Notes: generated by a model from the letters alone, not told the origin. Shown: positions 37,754 through 50,596, counted from the first letter of the whole stretch. The stretch is DNA of 56,497 nt, filler included, from Circinaria calcarea (GCA_051942165.1; 3 parts of 3 records of this genome joined end to end with filler, not necessarily neighbours in it), one strand, 5' to 3'. Numbers and translations: made by a program.

Positions 37754-38831
37754 AGATTAGGGTTGAGTCGATCGTTCTTGAAGTCGTATTCCTCCAGTAC
37801 TGGGAAACCAAGCTCCAGGCATCTTTTTTGAACTGACTCTACGCCTTTAGCTGGAACTTCAAAAGAATGTATGTGTCTGTCATCATCGTCGTCATCATCT
37901 TCGTCACGCAGAGTCATGAACATATCGTCTTCATTAACCGTTCTCTCCTGATTACTCTGGGAAGGTCCTCCCTGGATTTGCTGGTTCTGCTGATCCGGCT
38001 GTTGTTTGACTCCGGCAGCGTCCTTTGTACCCGGAATCACCACCCCGCCCAGTTTAGGAGCTTTTTCAGTAATGATGCCCTCGCTTCCTTCGATCCTCTG
38101 CGCACCGATAACCTCATCTTGCATTAACTTCTGGAGAACCTTCGCATCGGGAGTTTCAAGAAAGTAGCGGTTGTGCTTTAGGACTAATTTCACTCTCCCG
38201 AATGCTTGGGTGCTCTTTAGTATCCACTCTCTGATTTCCTGTGGGAGGGGTGTTTTGGACAGCCGATCCAGGAAATCAATGATATCTTTCGGTACTAAAC
38301 CAAGCGATACGGCTGCGTATAGACTATGCACTGTCAAAGCATATTCATGGAGATGCAGAGGTCGGGATAAGGGCTCTGATATCGTGATGAGGAAATCTTC
38401 TGCTTCCTATCGAAACAATTAAGCTGTATGGTTACATCTTATGCGCAGCAAGTGAAGCTTACGGTAGCGAGCGGCGAGAATGACTCGAGAGTAATCCTGG
38501 CACGCTTTGCATCGACCCAAAGTGGACGGTTCGCGTGATCAGGCTTGAGGTCTAGGTAGGACAGATCGCTGACACCGTTGATCTTACTATCACGATTGAC
38601 CTGAGTCCCCTGAGCCTTGTTGCGGCTTCCTAAAGACTCGGCTGAGAAGGCTTTTACAGCTTTGTAGAGATTCTCTGCTTCGGTCTCGCTGGCCTCCTCA
38701 CCTTCTGCAGAGTAATCATCACTGCTGCCTATGCTCAAAGGTGTTGCTACGCCTGAACCGGTCCGGGAGCCAGTCCGTTTCGTAGCTTTTCCGGCAACGG
38801 CACCGGTAGAGGCTTTGCGCTTTGGTGGCAT
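37754..38831 (-). CDS. SSL2: TFIIH helicase XPB/Ssl2, N-terminal third; helicase domains lost in the gap
   Basis: MPPKRKA..., LKPDHANRPLWVD, ITLESFSPLA / EAEDFLITISEPLSRP (intron 38407-38462), LTVHSLYAAVSLGL, FGRVKLVLKHNRYFLE and FPVLEEYDFKNDRLNP. Confidence 0.95.
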
Positions 38832-39224
38832 CAGTTGTTGATCTCGAACGTGCCTTGGTATCAGCCAAGGATGTCCTCAGGCACTTCAGAGATAACGAGA
38901 CGCCTGGGTTTCCATGTCATCAGTATTTGTTGTGACTCTTCACTGACCACTGAATGAATCTGGTGATATTGGGAGTAGTGATGAATAACCAGGATCGACT
39001 TGAAGTTGAGCCATTCATGTAAGGCTGAAACCTCGAATCGAGAAGACCTAATGCGGTTAGGGTTCGGTAGTTTTACTTCGTACGACGAATGGTTCAGATC
39101 AAGAGGATCGGATTCAAAGCTTGAGGCCAGCCTCCGTCATGAGCTTAACAACGTCATTATTTGCCGCCACAGCTATTAGATGTGAATTCTAGAGAAGCTA
39201 CAGTGGTAAATTATTCAGCTGAGT

Positions 39225-39743
39225 ATGAACACAGTGCGTTCCTTACCTTGTGAGTTGACACTATGAGCTAAACATATGCAGATTCGTTCTACGTGGTAAA
39301 GAGCCGGCGGATCAGCCCCTTCAAGTTAATATCAGTTGCTCATTAGACTCTAGGTATGGGTGGGGATTTCTCATCGTCGGTAAGTTGTCCTTTGACTCGA
39401 AACCGCATACCCAATTGCTCCTAAGACTCCTGTAGCTGGCGGAGGATCCTATTATTTTGCGAAACGGTCAATCAATGCCGACAAGAGGGCTCGCCATGAA
39501 GCGGGCATGAAACGACGACGACTGATAGAGTCCCTCGAGCATAGTGGAAGCACCCAGCCTGTGCACCGTCGGAAAGAACTCTACAGGGGCGCCGATAATG
39601 CTTCCAGCCCAAGTACAGAAGCAAGTCATGACCCAGCACCTACGCGACATGCCCCAGAAAATGCAGGTCAGCAAGCCAACGAAAAGAGCAAATACGAACC
39701 CAGTGAACCCTATCGGACCAAAAAGGGAGATCGATTTAGCTGA
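39225..39743 (+). CDS. Small (118 aa) single-TM conserved fungal protein built from micro-exons (DUF4748-like)
   Basis: Exons 39225-39233, 39282-39295, 39354-39379 and 39436-39743 total 357 nt, joined by GT-AG introns of 48, 58 and 56 nt. Product: MNTIRSTWYGWGFLIVAGGGSYYFAKRSINADKRARHEAGMKRRRLIESLE...RTKKGDRFS*. The family assignment is from memory. Confidence 0.8.
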
Positions 39744-40446
39744 AAGATCTCGACGCAGCACAGGATGGATAAGGAGCAACATCCGATAGACAGGCGTACA
39801 CAACTCGAGTAGCTCGAGGGCACATTCTCGGTTCTCGGTAGGCTGCAGACCTAGCCCAAAACAGTCCGAGAACCGTACGTCTTTGAATGGGCGTTTTTAC
39901 GGCTCTGGGTGGAACTCATGCCTGAAAGAGAAACTTTACTTTGTGCCAGGGACTACCTCATGCGAACGCACTCATCGACGGTCTGTACTATTTACAGTTC
40001 TTCGTTAAAAACAAGCCAAATGCAAGGGAAGCACGAATATGACATTCACAGCCTCCTTTCTTCGATGTTAATATTCTGTATTGCACTGGGTACTGGATTT
40101 GTATTGGCAGCTGTACGCTGATTTTGGCTCTTGGGCGGTGATGAAGTCCGGTTACAATCCTGCCACCGCTGGTAGAACTTACTGTCTGATAGCTAATCAT
40201 CGTTCGTTCACAATAAATTACAATTTTTTCAATTAGTAACTTTACATTGACTCGGATGTAAGTAGTACAGGTGTTGCAATTTGCAAGACGCTAAGCCCTG
40301 TCAAGTGTTTGGAAAAGACGTCTTCATAATCTTAAAGTTAATAGATGATTACATCCATCGTGTGAAGAATCTCGCTCAGATGTATTACTCCGGATAACCC
40401 AATCACTCCTAACATCAACTGCCGTCATAGGAAATTCAACAAGAAC

Positions 40447-42339
40447 ATGGCGGCTCATACACTTGCCATAGCAAAAGCCTCCTTGTCTGCTAGCCTAATG
40501 AGACCAGATCCGACGTCGGTCCCCCGCGATGAAATCTTGCAGTTACATTCCTTGCTTGAATCAGCGCTGGTACAATGCTCGCCGAAGAACATACAGGTTT
40601 GGTGGCTATACCTTTATGCGACGATGACCTAGCTGAACGAACGTACGCAACAGCAATGTAAGGTATGGTTCTTGAAATATGCAATATCTACAGCTAGGAT
40701 CGCATCGGTTGGAAAATACCTAGTCGCCCTGTCTCTATCCTGGGGAAAGAAATCAACAGGAAAAGAAGCTATTCCTAGCGCCTCTCAAAAGCCTTCAGCC
40801 AGACACAAACAGTTACACGTCCTATACCTATTGAATGACCTCTTACACCATACCAAATATCATAATGACTCAACGTCAGCCTATTCCACCTTGACTGGCA
40901 GTCTCCAGTCTCATCTCGTTGATTTATTCCATGCTGCGTCTGCATACGACCCGAACACCTATGCCAAACATCACACAGGTATCAGCTCTTTACTAGACAT
41001 ATGGGAGAAAAATGGGTATTACCAGGCATCCTACATTGAAAAGCTACGAGAGACTGTTAGCAACGCAAGTAAGGATTATTCTGCATGCAGTGCACTTGGT
41101 CCTACTGAGTTGCGTAGCGAGGATCAAGGGAGGCCTGGTGGTTCTGCAGCCTATAAAAATACTCCCTTTATGATGCCAGCAATGCATGGAGATCCGTCGA
41201 CCCCTTACTATGATCTCCCCGCTGGGAACATGATGCCGCATATCATTCCGAATTCAGCTACCCCGATCAACACCCAGCTTGTCAAGCCTCTTCATTTCAT
41301 TGCCGGACCCGCGGATGACCATCTGGTAACTGCAGTGAAAGACTTTATGAAAGACGTTGATTCTTTGTACGACGGTCAAAACGCTCACGAGGACGAAGGG
41401 ATCTGTATGGACATTAACGAACTCGGACAGTTTGTAGTTCGCGACGAAACTACAGGGGAGATAATCGGCGGAGATGGTTACTATGGATGGTCCAAAGCTT
41501 TCTGCGAGAAGATGAAGCGCAGACAAAACGGGACAAGTGAGACTTTGAGAGGTCGCACTGGAACGGATAGCTTTGAGAGGAGCCTGAGTCCTCGCAAGCG
41601 AAGGAGATACACTTCATCGGGGAGTGAGCAGAGTCGGAGCAGACATAGATCGAGGTCGTGGAGTGCAGCCCGGCCCAGAATCAGCTCGCAGCGACGGCAG
41701 TCACGGGATAAACCTCCAAGGTTTTCCCGCTCAAGGTCACGGAGTAGGTCTCCTCTACGACAGCGCCCTTATCGCTCACTTCGTAGCTCATCTCATTCCC
41801 ATTCTCGATCTAACTCACGATCATACTCGCCGCCTCAACGGCTGCCTCTGTCACAAAGTGGTCATGTAGCCGCCCTACCACCACCGATGCCCTTTCAAGG
41901 GTCGCAGTCTGCTCTGACCCCACCACAACCTTTCACTTCTGCCTTCCCGCAAGGTATTCCTCTCGGGCCAAGAGGCATACCCATTCCTCCACCGCCACCG
42001 CCTGGTTACACAGGACCTTGGCCGCCACCGCCACCGCCTCTGCCTGCAAATGCCAGCTTCACATCGACAGGCAACCTTCCTAACGCCTTCCCTACCTTCG
42101 TACCTCAGCCCGTAGCTCAAATTGATAGCGCTTATAACTCGACTTCACCACCATTATCGGTAGGCTCCCGGGGATATCAAGACCAACCTGGAATGGCCGA
42201 AGGTAATTTTGGACAGCGGATCCAACAACAAACTGGCGGAACTGACGGATACGGCTATGGGGGCCCTTCAGTTTATCCACAGAATAATGGACAGCTTTAT
42301 GGGAATAGGGGTAGGGGTGGAAGGGGTGGATGGAGATGA
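40447..42339 (+). CDS. CID (RNA Pol II CTD-interacting) domain protein with RS- and Pro-rich tail, CHERP/SCAF6-like
   Basis: CID-like KQLHVLYLLNDLLHH...LLDIWEKNGYY; PYYDLPAGNMMP resembles the CHERP PYFDLPAG motif; RSRSRSRSP repeats, poly-Pro and an RGG end. Intron about 40597-40652. Confidence 0.75.
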
Positions 42340-42689
42340 TCTAATCCAGAGCCGCGAGAACAAATGAGCTTAGCATCGATATGACTACGACCTGACAGAT
42401 AACATCAGCTGTATGGACTTTGAGTGCCTCGCAAATCTTCAAAGAGGGATACCGGGTAATTAGCACAAGGCCGTTAAGAGCCGCAATACTCGTTGGCAGG
42501 AGTTCTGTTCCAATCCTACCTTCAAACCTAAAAGCCCACCTTGAATATAGACGTACCGGATGCCAAACTATAATACGGCGTGTTCGTGTGGAATGATTAC
42601 CTCCGTACGTGAAATCCTGTTCCGCGAAACTCGCGAGTTGTGGAACGTCCAAGTCGCTTCGAATGCATCGAATTTCGACTGAAGAATCA

Positions 42690-43229
42690 AAAGTCTTATT
42701 GTTACTCTACACTCGCGAGATTTTTCTTATTGAGAATCTAGTATCCACTGGATCTGATACTGTTGCACTATCCAATTAGTTCTTAGACTATTCTGGTATA
42801 AATGTGGAAATCAATTCGTGATTTCCCAAGAATCTAAGCCATATCATTCGAGCTCGCGATTTGACATGTTAGAAGATTGTTATTATCATCAATCCCACCG
42901 TCCGTGATGGCAGGACTTTCCGAAACTCAATAGGTTCACTAGAATACTGTGCATAATAATCTAAGATATCTATAAATCTTGTTAGATTGTAACTGGTGGA
43001 TGTTAAGTAAATAAACGATTCGTTTATTTCCGAAGTGGATTTTACGAGGCCTCGAGGATATATAAATTTGCCGTTCGATTTGGGACAGAATTTTAAGTGT
43101 GAAGTTAGGACTAGTCTCCACAGTCTTGGTACGACTGTCAAGTGAAATGTCGTGAGAGTTGAGTGGCTCCAGTAATGTGAGCCAGAGTATAATAGGCAAG
43201 GATAGAGATGTCAATAGAAGCAGGCCCAT
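42690..43229 (-). pseudogene. Possible decayed gene for a small secreted protein
   Basis: Signal-peptide-like start MGLLLLTSLSLPIILWLTLLEPL, overlapping broken frames, locally AT/TpA-rich sequence and recurrent TAG/TAA stops. Confidence 0.3.
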
Positions 43230-45400
43230 ATGATTCCACTCAGCGAGATGATACTATACCTACGTAGAGCATCTATGACAGGTCAAGGTGGATGGCAAAA
43301 TATCCGCGCACGGGAATTCGATACCCTCTGGTAGCTACCATTGCTCATTTCGCGTCAATCTTCCTTCATCAGCGCGATATTGCTGCTATCTGTTACACGT
43401 GCAAGCGATTCGCAGTCCATAGATGATATGACGATCTGGTGGCGGTAGCGACGTGGTAATATGTAGGAGATAGGTCCGATCCTCCAGGCGTCATGCACGA
43501 CAGACTGCATGATCAACGTTACGTCTCCTTGAGATCCTTGTGTTGATCTGGATGGTTTTTCTTTTTGCTTCATTCCTCAGGCACCAAGGGGGTCCATTGT
43601 ATACACTGGCTCGATTGTACATGTCATGGAGGATGTTCCGCAGTCGGGGCGGCATGAGACACTCTGGCTCTCGTGGAACGGGCAAATCCCCGCTACCGAT
43701 GACCGGTCGAAGGAGGAGAAGTGCAACGACGGTGGCTTCTCGATCTTGTTGTATCTAGTCTAGCCGGCTCTCACCCCAATGCCTCTTTTGTCACGACGCT
43801 AGCTTCGGGTCATTGCGAACGATTTCCCTGCTCTTTGGTAATCATTCGTCGTATCTTACTTCACCTCTTTTAACTACTTCAACACGGGACAGACATTCGG
43901 AGAACCCACCAGCTGGTTCCTTTCAGGACTTCATGCAGCAACTTATGGCTGTCGTGTCGCGCCGCATTTTCATTGGCCCTGCTTCGTGCCCTGCCTTGCT
44001 TGATGCCTTAGTGCTTTGGGAAGCAATGCTGAACTGCCAGCCGAAGATGGAACAGCTCGATGAGCAAGCAAAGTATTGATTGAGAGCACCCGACTTTCTC
44101 TTTTGGCCTCCGACAAGCATTGATAGGAACTAGCCCGTTCTTCGTGCTGCCCGCTGCAGTGCAGGAATCACACCATTAGGTTCCAAGTGGTAACTCTACG
44201 CCACCTACCGCTATTCCAGTCTGACTTCGGCCGCATGACAGGTCGTGGATCCTATCTACACGCCGTGCCTTTAGCGTTGAGTGGATGGCGGAACTGAAGT
44301 CACCGGAACCTCAGGACGGGCCAAGTATCTCGGCTTGGCCGGGGCATGCTAGAATGCGTGTATCTAGTATCCACGCGAATGCAAGCAACAAGCACCACCT
44401 TTAAGGAATCCAAAAAGCAATTGTAGTGCCTCTGCACGACATTTGTGTGACCTCACTATGTAATACAGTAGAGGCGTGAACCGTCGAGCTGTCCGACGAT
44501 AAACCCCCCCCCCCTTGGCGAGCCCTGCGCATGGACCCCTTCTGCGCTCCCACCTCGTCCTCGTCTACGTCCTCGTCTTTTGCAGTGTAGCGTCTTCCCA
44601 CTCCAACAACCAATCAGGTGGTCTGACCCACCACAACCTCCACAACCTCCACATCCTCTCCACATGCACTCCAGCTTACCCCACGCCTACCTTCGGCTGG
44701 CTTGGAATACCCTACTCTACGCCTACTCACCGACACCCCAACAACACACCGCATAAACACCACCAACGGCGCACATCATCGGCTCCATCCTTCTGCCACA
44801 TCCCCATCGCCTATCTGGATGTTGTACCACCGAATCTTCGTGGGGTCAGCGCCAGTCGTCTTGGATAGGGAGCATCCCGCTGGCCATTGGTCTCGGCTGC
44901 CCATGTGTTTGCCCCAGTCATTTGGCATCTCTCTTCCTGCGGTCATCTCAGCCACCATGTATGCACTGGTTCTCCCGCTTATGTGAGGTGAAAGCCCTGG
45001 TCCTTTTCGAAGCTTCTTCTGGAATGTCCACGTCCGATGGAAATCGACGGATGATGCATAGACAGCCCACGTTGCAGTGCACATATAAACAGCGTCCGCA
45101 TTCTGGCAAGCTACGCATTTCTTACTCATCCATGCTCATCTTTTCTCATCTTCGAAACATATCTGGTGATTGTACTAGTGGGACGGATGAAGTGTTCGGG
45201 AATGAAACGCACGTTGACCTTCTGTCGTCCCCCCGGCCAACATTTCCTTCTAGACACGTTTGTCGAGTCTATCCTTACATCGGGACCTTGATGGGGTTTT
45301 AGTACTGCCTGCCTTACTCCATCTTCCCACGCCTTGGACGTCGCAACAGGAATCTTTCACCATTTCCTCGTGATTTGCTCGTCAGCAGAGAAGCGCGGCC

Positions 45401-46783
45401 ATGGAACCGTCAATGAGCCTTGCCACCGCGCAAATTTACTTCATTGTAAGTCTTGTTGATCTTGCAGTCGACCGAAGAAATCCACGGGTTGAGAGATTTG
45501 CTCAGCCGAATGGTCTAGGTGCATACCAGGACCAGAATTTGTAGACGACTACACAACGACTGACGCGTCTCTGATGGGTAGGGTGACCAAGTCAGCTTGA
45601 TACATATTCCATTGGAGCGCTACCCAAACTTCCTCCAGCCACTTCTCCAATTGCTATCCCCCGGCACTGCCAGTGGATCTACTGCAGTCGATGGGAACAA
45701 TCATCATTATACTTCAATAATGCCGTGGACCAACCAGCGTCCGTTTCTAAATATCTCCATCACTCCAATCGAGTGCTCTGTAGTATGTTCGACTTTGTTG
45801 GCTCAAGAATATTTTGCACCGGTGATTGCCCGTGTCAATCAGTCTCTCGGCAAGGATCGCGACCATGCAACTATCTCAACAGAGGATTTTGTAGTTGTCT
45901 CCGTCGAGGGTGCTGGACTGGAGGCAGGTCAACGTGTTCTCGACCTCACATGTCCATTGGCGATGGCTGGCATGTAAGTTACTACAAACCTGTCACTGTC
46001 TGGGGAATTCCAGTCTCTTACTTGATGGCTCTGAAAAGTTCCATCTTCTTCATCACGACGTACTTTTCGGACTACATCCTCGTACCAGACAAGTCCCGTG
46101 GCCAAGTTATCCGAGCTTTAGAGGCGCGTGGATTTGCATTTGAAGAGAGCGCAGCAGCTTACGTAAATGTGGCGGCCCATCACCGGAGCGCTTCCTCAGC
46201 GCACAGCGCATCGTCGACTTCTTTGCTGGAATTCTACTCACCGACGACGCCGCCACCCACTTCGGTCGGGGAACTTCAAGCTCGTACTCTATCGCTACTC
46301 AAGCGCCGCAACGTAGTTCCAGCAGTCCATCAGGATCTTCGGCTGGTCCAGTGCGCAGGACGAACAGATAGCCCGGGAAGCCGATCCTCGCAGGAACTCG
46401 AGTTACAGGTCGGTCTGACGAAGTGTTTGGTTCATCCTCCCAAGTTCCTCAGTCTCACTTTGACCGAGTCTGATCCACCGTCTCTCCTTCTCCAGGACAG
46501 TGCTCTCGCGAACTTCAGTTCTGGGGACGTTCTCCTTGGCAGCAAAGAGGACTATCTGGTACCAATCACGCTTGACCTGAAGACGTTGCCCTTCGAAGCT
46601 ACCGGTATTGTATGTGGTGTAGCGGCGAAGCTTGGTGGTCGTACGAGTGGACAATTTACGGATGCCGTGGAGATGAATTACTTGAGCACGGCGACAGCAG
46701 GAACTGTAATGGTTGACGAAAAAGATCTGGGAAGAGCTATAACAGCTTTGAGAGATGGAGACTACGGCCTTCACATGCTCTGA
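45401..46783 (+). CDS. CASTOR/GATS-like ACT-domain protein
   Basis: Exons 45401-45445, 45582-45973 and 46039-46783. ACT-type motifs FLNISITPIECSVV, PLAMAGISIFFITTYFSDYILVP, FLSLTLTES and ATGIVCGVAAKL...YLSTATAGTVMV. Confidence 0.8.
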
Positions 46784-47339
46784 TTGGCCTTCTCAAGTCA
46801 TTGGAATTGAAGAAGTTGTTAGCGTCACACTTAATTGTGCAAAGTATTGCTTATTAATCTCTTTCTTGGCATCATCACTGGAGTTGATTTTCTCTACGTA
46901 AAACTCTACATGTTGAGCAGACTAGTGATACTCGGGAGAATTTTCATTCCGGAAATATGGGGTCGGTCGGGGCAATAAACACTTCAAGAATCTGACCTCG
47001 CCTGCCTTTTGGTGATTCGCAGAGATTCGTTTCCAATGGCTACTCATCTCCACATAATCGGTGTACAGGTACATAATTCTTCTCTATCCCGACACACAGC
47101 TCGTGCGTCCAAGCTCGCTTATACTTCTCTCTTAGGTTATATATCAATCCCGCTAAGACAAATCCTAACACCTATGACCTCGATGAGCTGACTATGGATA
47201 ATTCACTGTGAGAGCGTTGTTGGATTGTGCTTGACGGGTTTGACGGTAGGATTGCCGTGGGCGGCTAGAACCGCTGATGCTGCATCTGCCTGAGCAATTT
47301 TCGCCAAGGTCGACTCTCATCAGGCTGCAACTTCAAGAG

Positions 47340-48574
47340 TCAAGGCATTCCCCACACCATCACACTCCCTAAGTGATGTTAACTCTCAATCTTCATGGAA
47401 GCAGAATCAGCGCCCACCATCAGCCCCAGCGCTCGCCCACTCTTTCTTCGCTCCGCTGAAGGCGACCGCGCTAACCACCTTGCCCTCATGTGCGCCCACC
47501 TTTTCAATAACCTTACCCTCCAGAAGATCCCAAGCGTAGAGCTGTCCATCTTCACTGCCACTGATAACCACAGCGTCCGCCATGCCGAGACAGGACCGGA
47601 CACGAAAATCCTTGTTGGTATGCCCTTTGTAACATTGAAGCATCTGCCCATTGCCTTTATCCATCAGGCGGATTGTAGAGTCGAGGGTAGAGACAAGAAC
47701 AGCATTACCATCACGAGTCTGCTGGACGGATGTAATTGGTTCTGTCGGAGCCAATCAGTCTCATTTCCGTCGATCCTCCAGAGCCATTTCGACCGCACTC
47801 ACGGGCAACCACGTCCACATAGACTATCCCCATCCTCAAATCGTATGTTCTCATTCTCCCATCTACACTTCCCACCACGAGTTCATGGCCCGCCACATGT
47901 AAAGTACTCACACTGTCCTTGGCTTCTTCAAATGTTTGGATTGGTTTCGTAGATGAGCTCTTGCAATCCCAAAGCCGGACCGTAGCATCGAAACTCCCTG
48001 ACGGCCATCCGGGTATCAGTCAGGGCATCGCCATGCTCTTCTTCAGCCCGCCTTCCCGATGAACACCTTTCCGAGTGGGACTCACCACTAACAACCACCT
48101 GGTCACCTTCCCCTCCTAAACCTACCGCATTCACCCTCCCCGCGTGTCCTGCCCACCTTCTCAGCGTCCGGGCCGTCGCGACATCCCAGAGGAACACCGT
48201 TTTGTCCCCACCAACACTCGCGAACCGCGCATTGTCGGCCGCAACGGCAACATCAAGCACTTCGTAGCCGTGGGCGGAATAAGTCTGAACGAGACCGGAT
48301 GATGGGATGGAGGGTTTCGCTTTGAGCGGGTTGTAAAGGCGGATACTACGGTCCGAAGAGCCGGTAAGAATCTGCGTAGAACGTAGGACATGGTTAGAGA
48401 GAAGGTGGGAAAGGGGAAGAGGGGGTAGGTACGTATTGGCCGAGGCCGGCTGAAAAGGTAATGCAATGGACAGGGCCTGGGAGAGATGGTGAGAGGAGTC
48501 ATTTCAGAACGATATGAGACATTGGTACCGGTATGGCCGGTCAGCTTGGATATTTGGCGGTTGGGGAATATCAT
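47340..48574 (-). CDS. WD40 protein WDR83/MORG1-like, multi-exon
   Basis: MIFPNRQISKLTGHT/GPVHCITFS, ILTGSSDRSIRLYNP, YSAHGYEVLDVAVAADNARFASVGGDKTVFLWDVATA, GSVDGRMRTYDLRMG, STLDSTIRLMDK and GSEDGQLYAWDL. The last exon ends GSVMVWGMP*. Confidence 0.85.
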
Positions 48575-49097
48575 TCCAACATGCTTGAACGATGTCAAGT
48601 TGCTACGGGTTAATAAGAAATGTTTCGTGGTCCAAGGCGTCCACGCACTGGTAAAGCCCAATCAATAGAGTCCATGTACTGAGCTTGGTGCGGAGTATTG
48701 AGATACAGCATATCTACTTCGTACAGCGTTACTAGCCATCATGTAGTTTTCCACGCACCGCATGAGACACCTTAACCTAAGTCAACGGAGAACGCTGAAA
48801 TAGTCATCGTGTAGGCCTCTGATGCAGCGGTGGCGGCGGCGGTTCACGAACAACTTGCTGCATGGAATGGCCAGGAACTTTTTTGCCACCACAGGTATCC
48901 CCCAGTTGCTCATCCCTTCTATTGAATTTTCTCTCCGGCAAGAGGTGGGGTACAGCAAAGCTCTAAGCATTCCAGTGCCATAAACATCTAAGTAAAGATA
49001 TGATCACACTTGCAGAAATTGTAGATGATTAAGTGCCATGGTATCAAGTAAATGCAGAGCATTAACCACTGCGAGGACAAATATATCTCATCACTTA

Positions 49098-50596
49098 TCA
49101 ACGACGTCCATGACTTCGCTGCACACTTCCCTGCATGTTTTCCAACTCCGATTCGAGGTTCTTGATACTGTGCTCACTGTCAACTTGAGGATACAATACA
49201 TTGATTTGAGTACGTACGCCGCATGAGTGCTCTCAAGGTCCTGGTTTAAGCGATCACGTTCCTGGATCAGTTTCTGTTCCCATTGTCTAAACCGGTTCTC
49301 CTCAACCTTGACCTGTTCGGTGAATCTCTTTCGTAAGCTTTCCTCTTCCTCCTTGAATTTTGGGTTGTCCAACTTCCGGGGCCGCGCTTCACCAAATTTC
49401 CGTGTCTCCATCTGTTGGGCTCTATATGCCTCATAATGCTGCTCTTCGGTGGTATGAATTAAATCGAGCATATGTGTCCGGATGAGGATAGATCGTAATT
49501 TCTTGAAGTCGCAGTGGTCATCGTTCTCCACCTCCGCGACACCCCACATGTATTGACGACCTTTGACAACTCGACCGTCCGAAGTTTTTACATCCTTCTC
49601 TGAACCGATCACGGAAAATGGCATTGCTGCCATCAATGCTCGAGCGTGATTCGCAGCAGGCTCGTCGTCTTCCTCTACAGGAGGTTGATAGATCTTGATA
49701 CCTTGTGCTTCGATGACGGCCCGGACCTATCATTTATTAGTGTCCGGGACTTAGCATATCAATTCCCCTGTTTGTCTCACTTACCCTCTGTTTGAATCTG
49801 GCGAGATCAGCGGGGCTAAGGGTATCGGCCTTGGCAACCACTGGGATCAGATTGACTCTGGAGCTTAGTCGTTTCATGACTTCAATATCAAGCGGTTTGA
49901 GAGTGTGACCGGTAGGTCGGATAAAGTAGAGGCAAGCGTGCACACGGAGATCGATCTTGTCCGCACGCTTAGGCTGCTGCTCTTGCAACATATATGATTC
50001 GTGCTGATCATCTAAGAATTCGATAATGGGCATCCAGGAGTCCCGGTTGTTGACGTAGTCGCCAAAGCCAGGGGTATCAATTACCGTCAGTCGGACTGGA
50101 ACAGATTACCATTACCACTGCCTGCCTCGGAGTCTTAACCGATGACATACCTTTGAAAAACTTCTCCTCCAGTTCCGCCTTGGTAATCTCAATCTCGACA
50201 GTCTTGTCCATCTGCTTCGTATGTCGGCGTCTATGATCGACGTAGTTTTTGATGGTGGTAGAGAACAGGGTGTTGATGAAGGTTGTCTTCCCTAAACCCG
50301 ACTCGCCAGCAACCTAATTGGCGTGAGACAAGAGTAAGAATCGGAGCGTGGATTCCAAACCATAATCGTAAATGCGGCTCCTCTCTTGGCGACGATCTTG
50401 TGTCTAAATTAGATATGTCAATTTTCCAGCTTTCGACGCGTTCACAATAACTCGCTAGCTCTTACCTCTGATTAGGAAGCTGGGCAGATGACCATCAGTC
50501 TACTGAATCTCTCTGCTAGCAGATGCGAACTTGGGGCGTGGACAGACTTACATTAGCTATCCCGATGGGAGAAGCTGCTTCAGACGTAGGCGCCAT
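49098..50596 (-). CDS. CDC12: Septin Cdc12/AspC
   Basis: MAPTSEAASPIGIAN/LPNQ/RHKIVAKRGAAFTIM/VAGESGLGKTTFINTLF, DTPGFGD, PVVAKADT, GRQYMWG and a C-terminal coiled coil. Several short introns and a 14-nt micro-exon. Ends VQRSHGRR*. Confidence 0.95.

Noticed and set aside
38977..39029. C/D snoRNA (GTGATGA...CTGA)
   Set aside because: Only about 52 nt, no clear terminal stem or recognisable guide, and it lies in a short divergent promoter.
43355..44120. Short ORFs upstream of the CASTOR-like gene
   Set aside because: No recognisable domain or consistent exon chain could be built.
22577..46783. TOR-pathway cluster (Rictor plus CASTOR-like)
   Set aside because: They are about 18 kb and six unrelated genes apart, and act on different TOR complexes; most likely coincidence.
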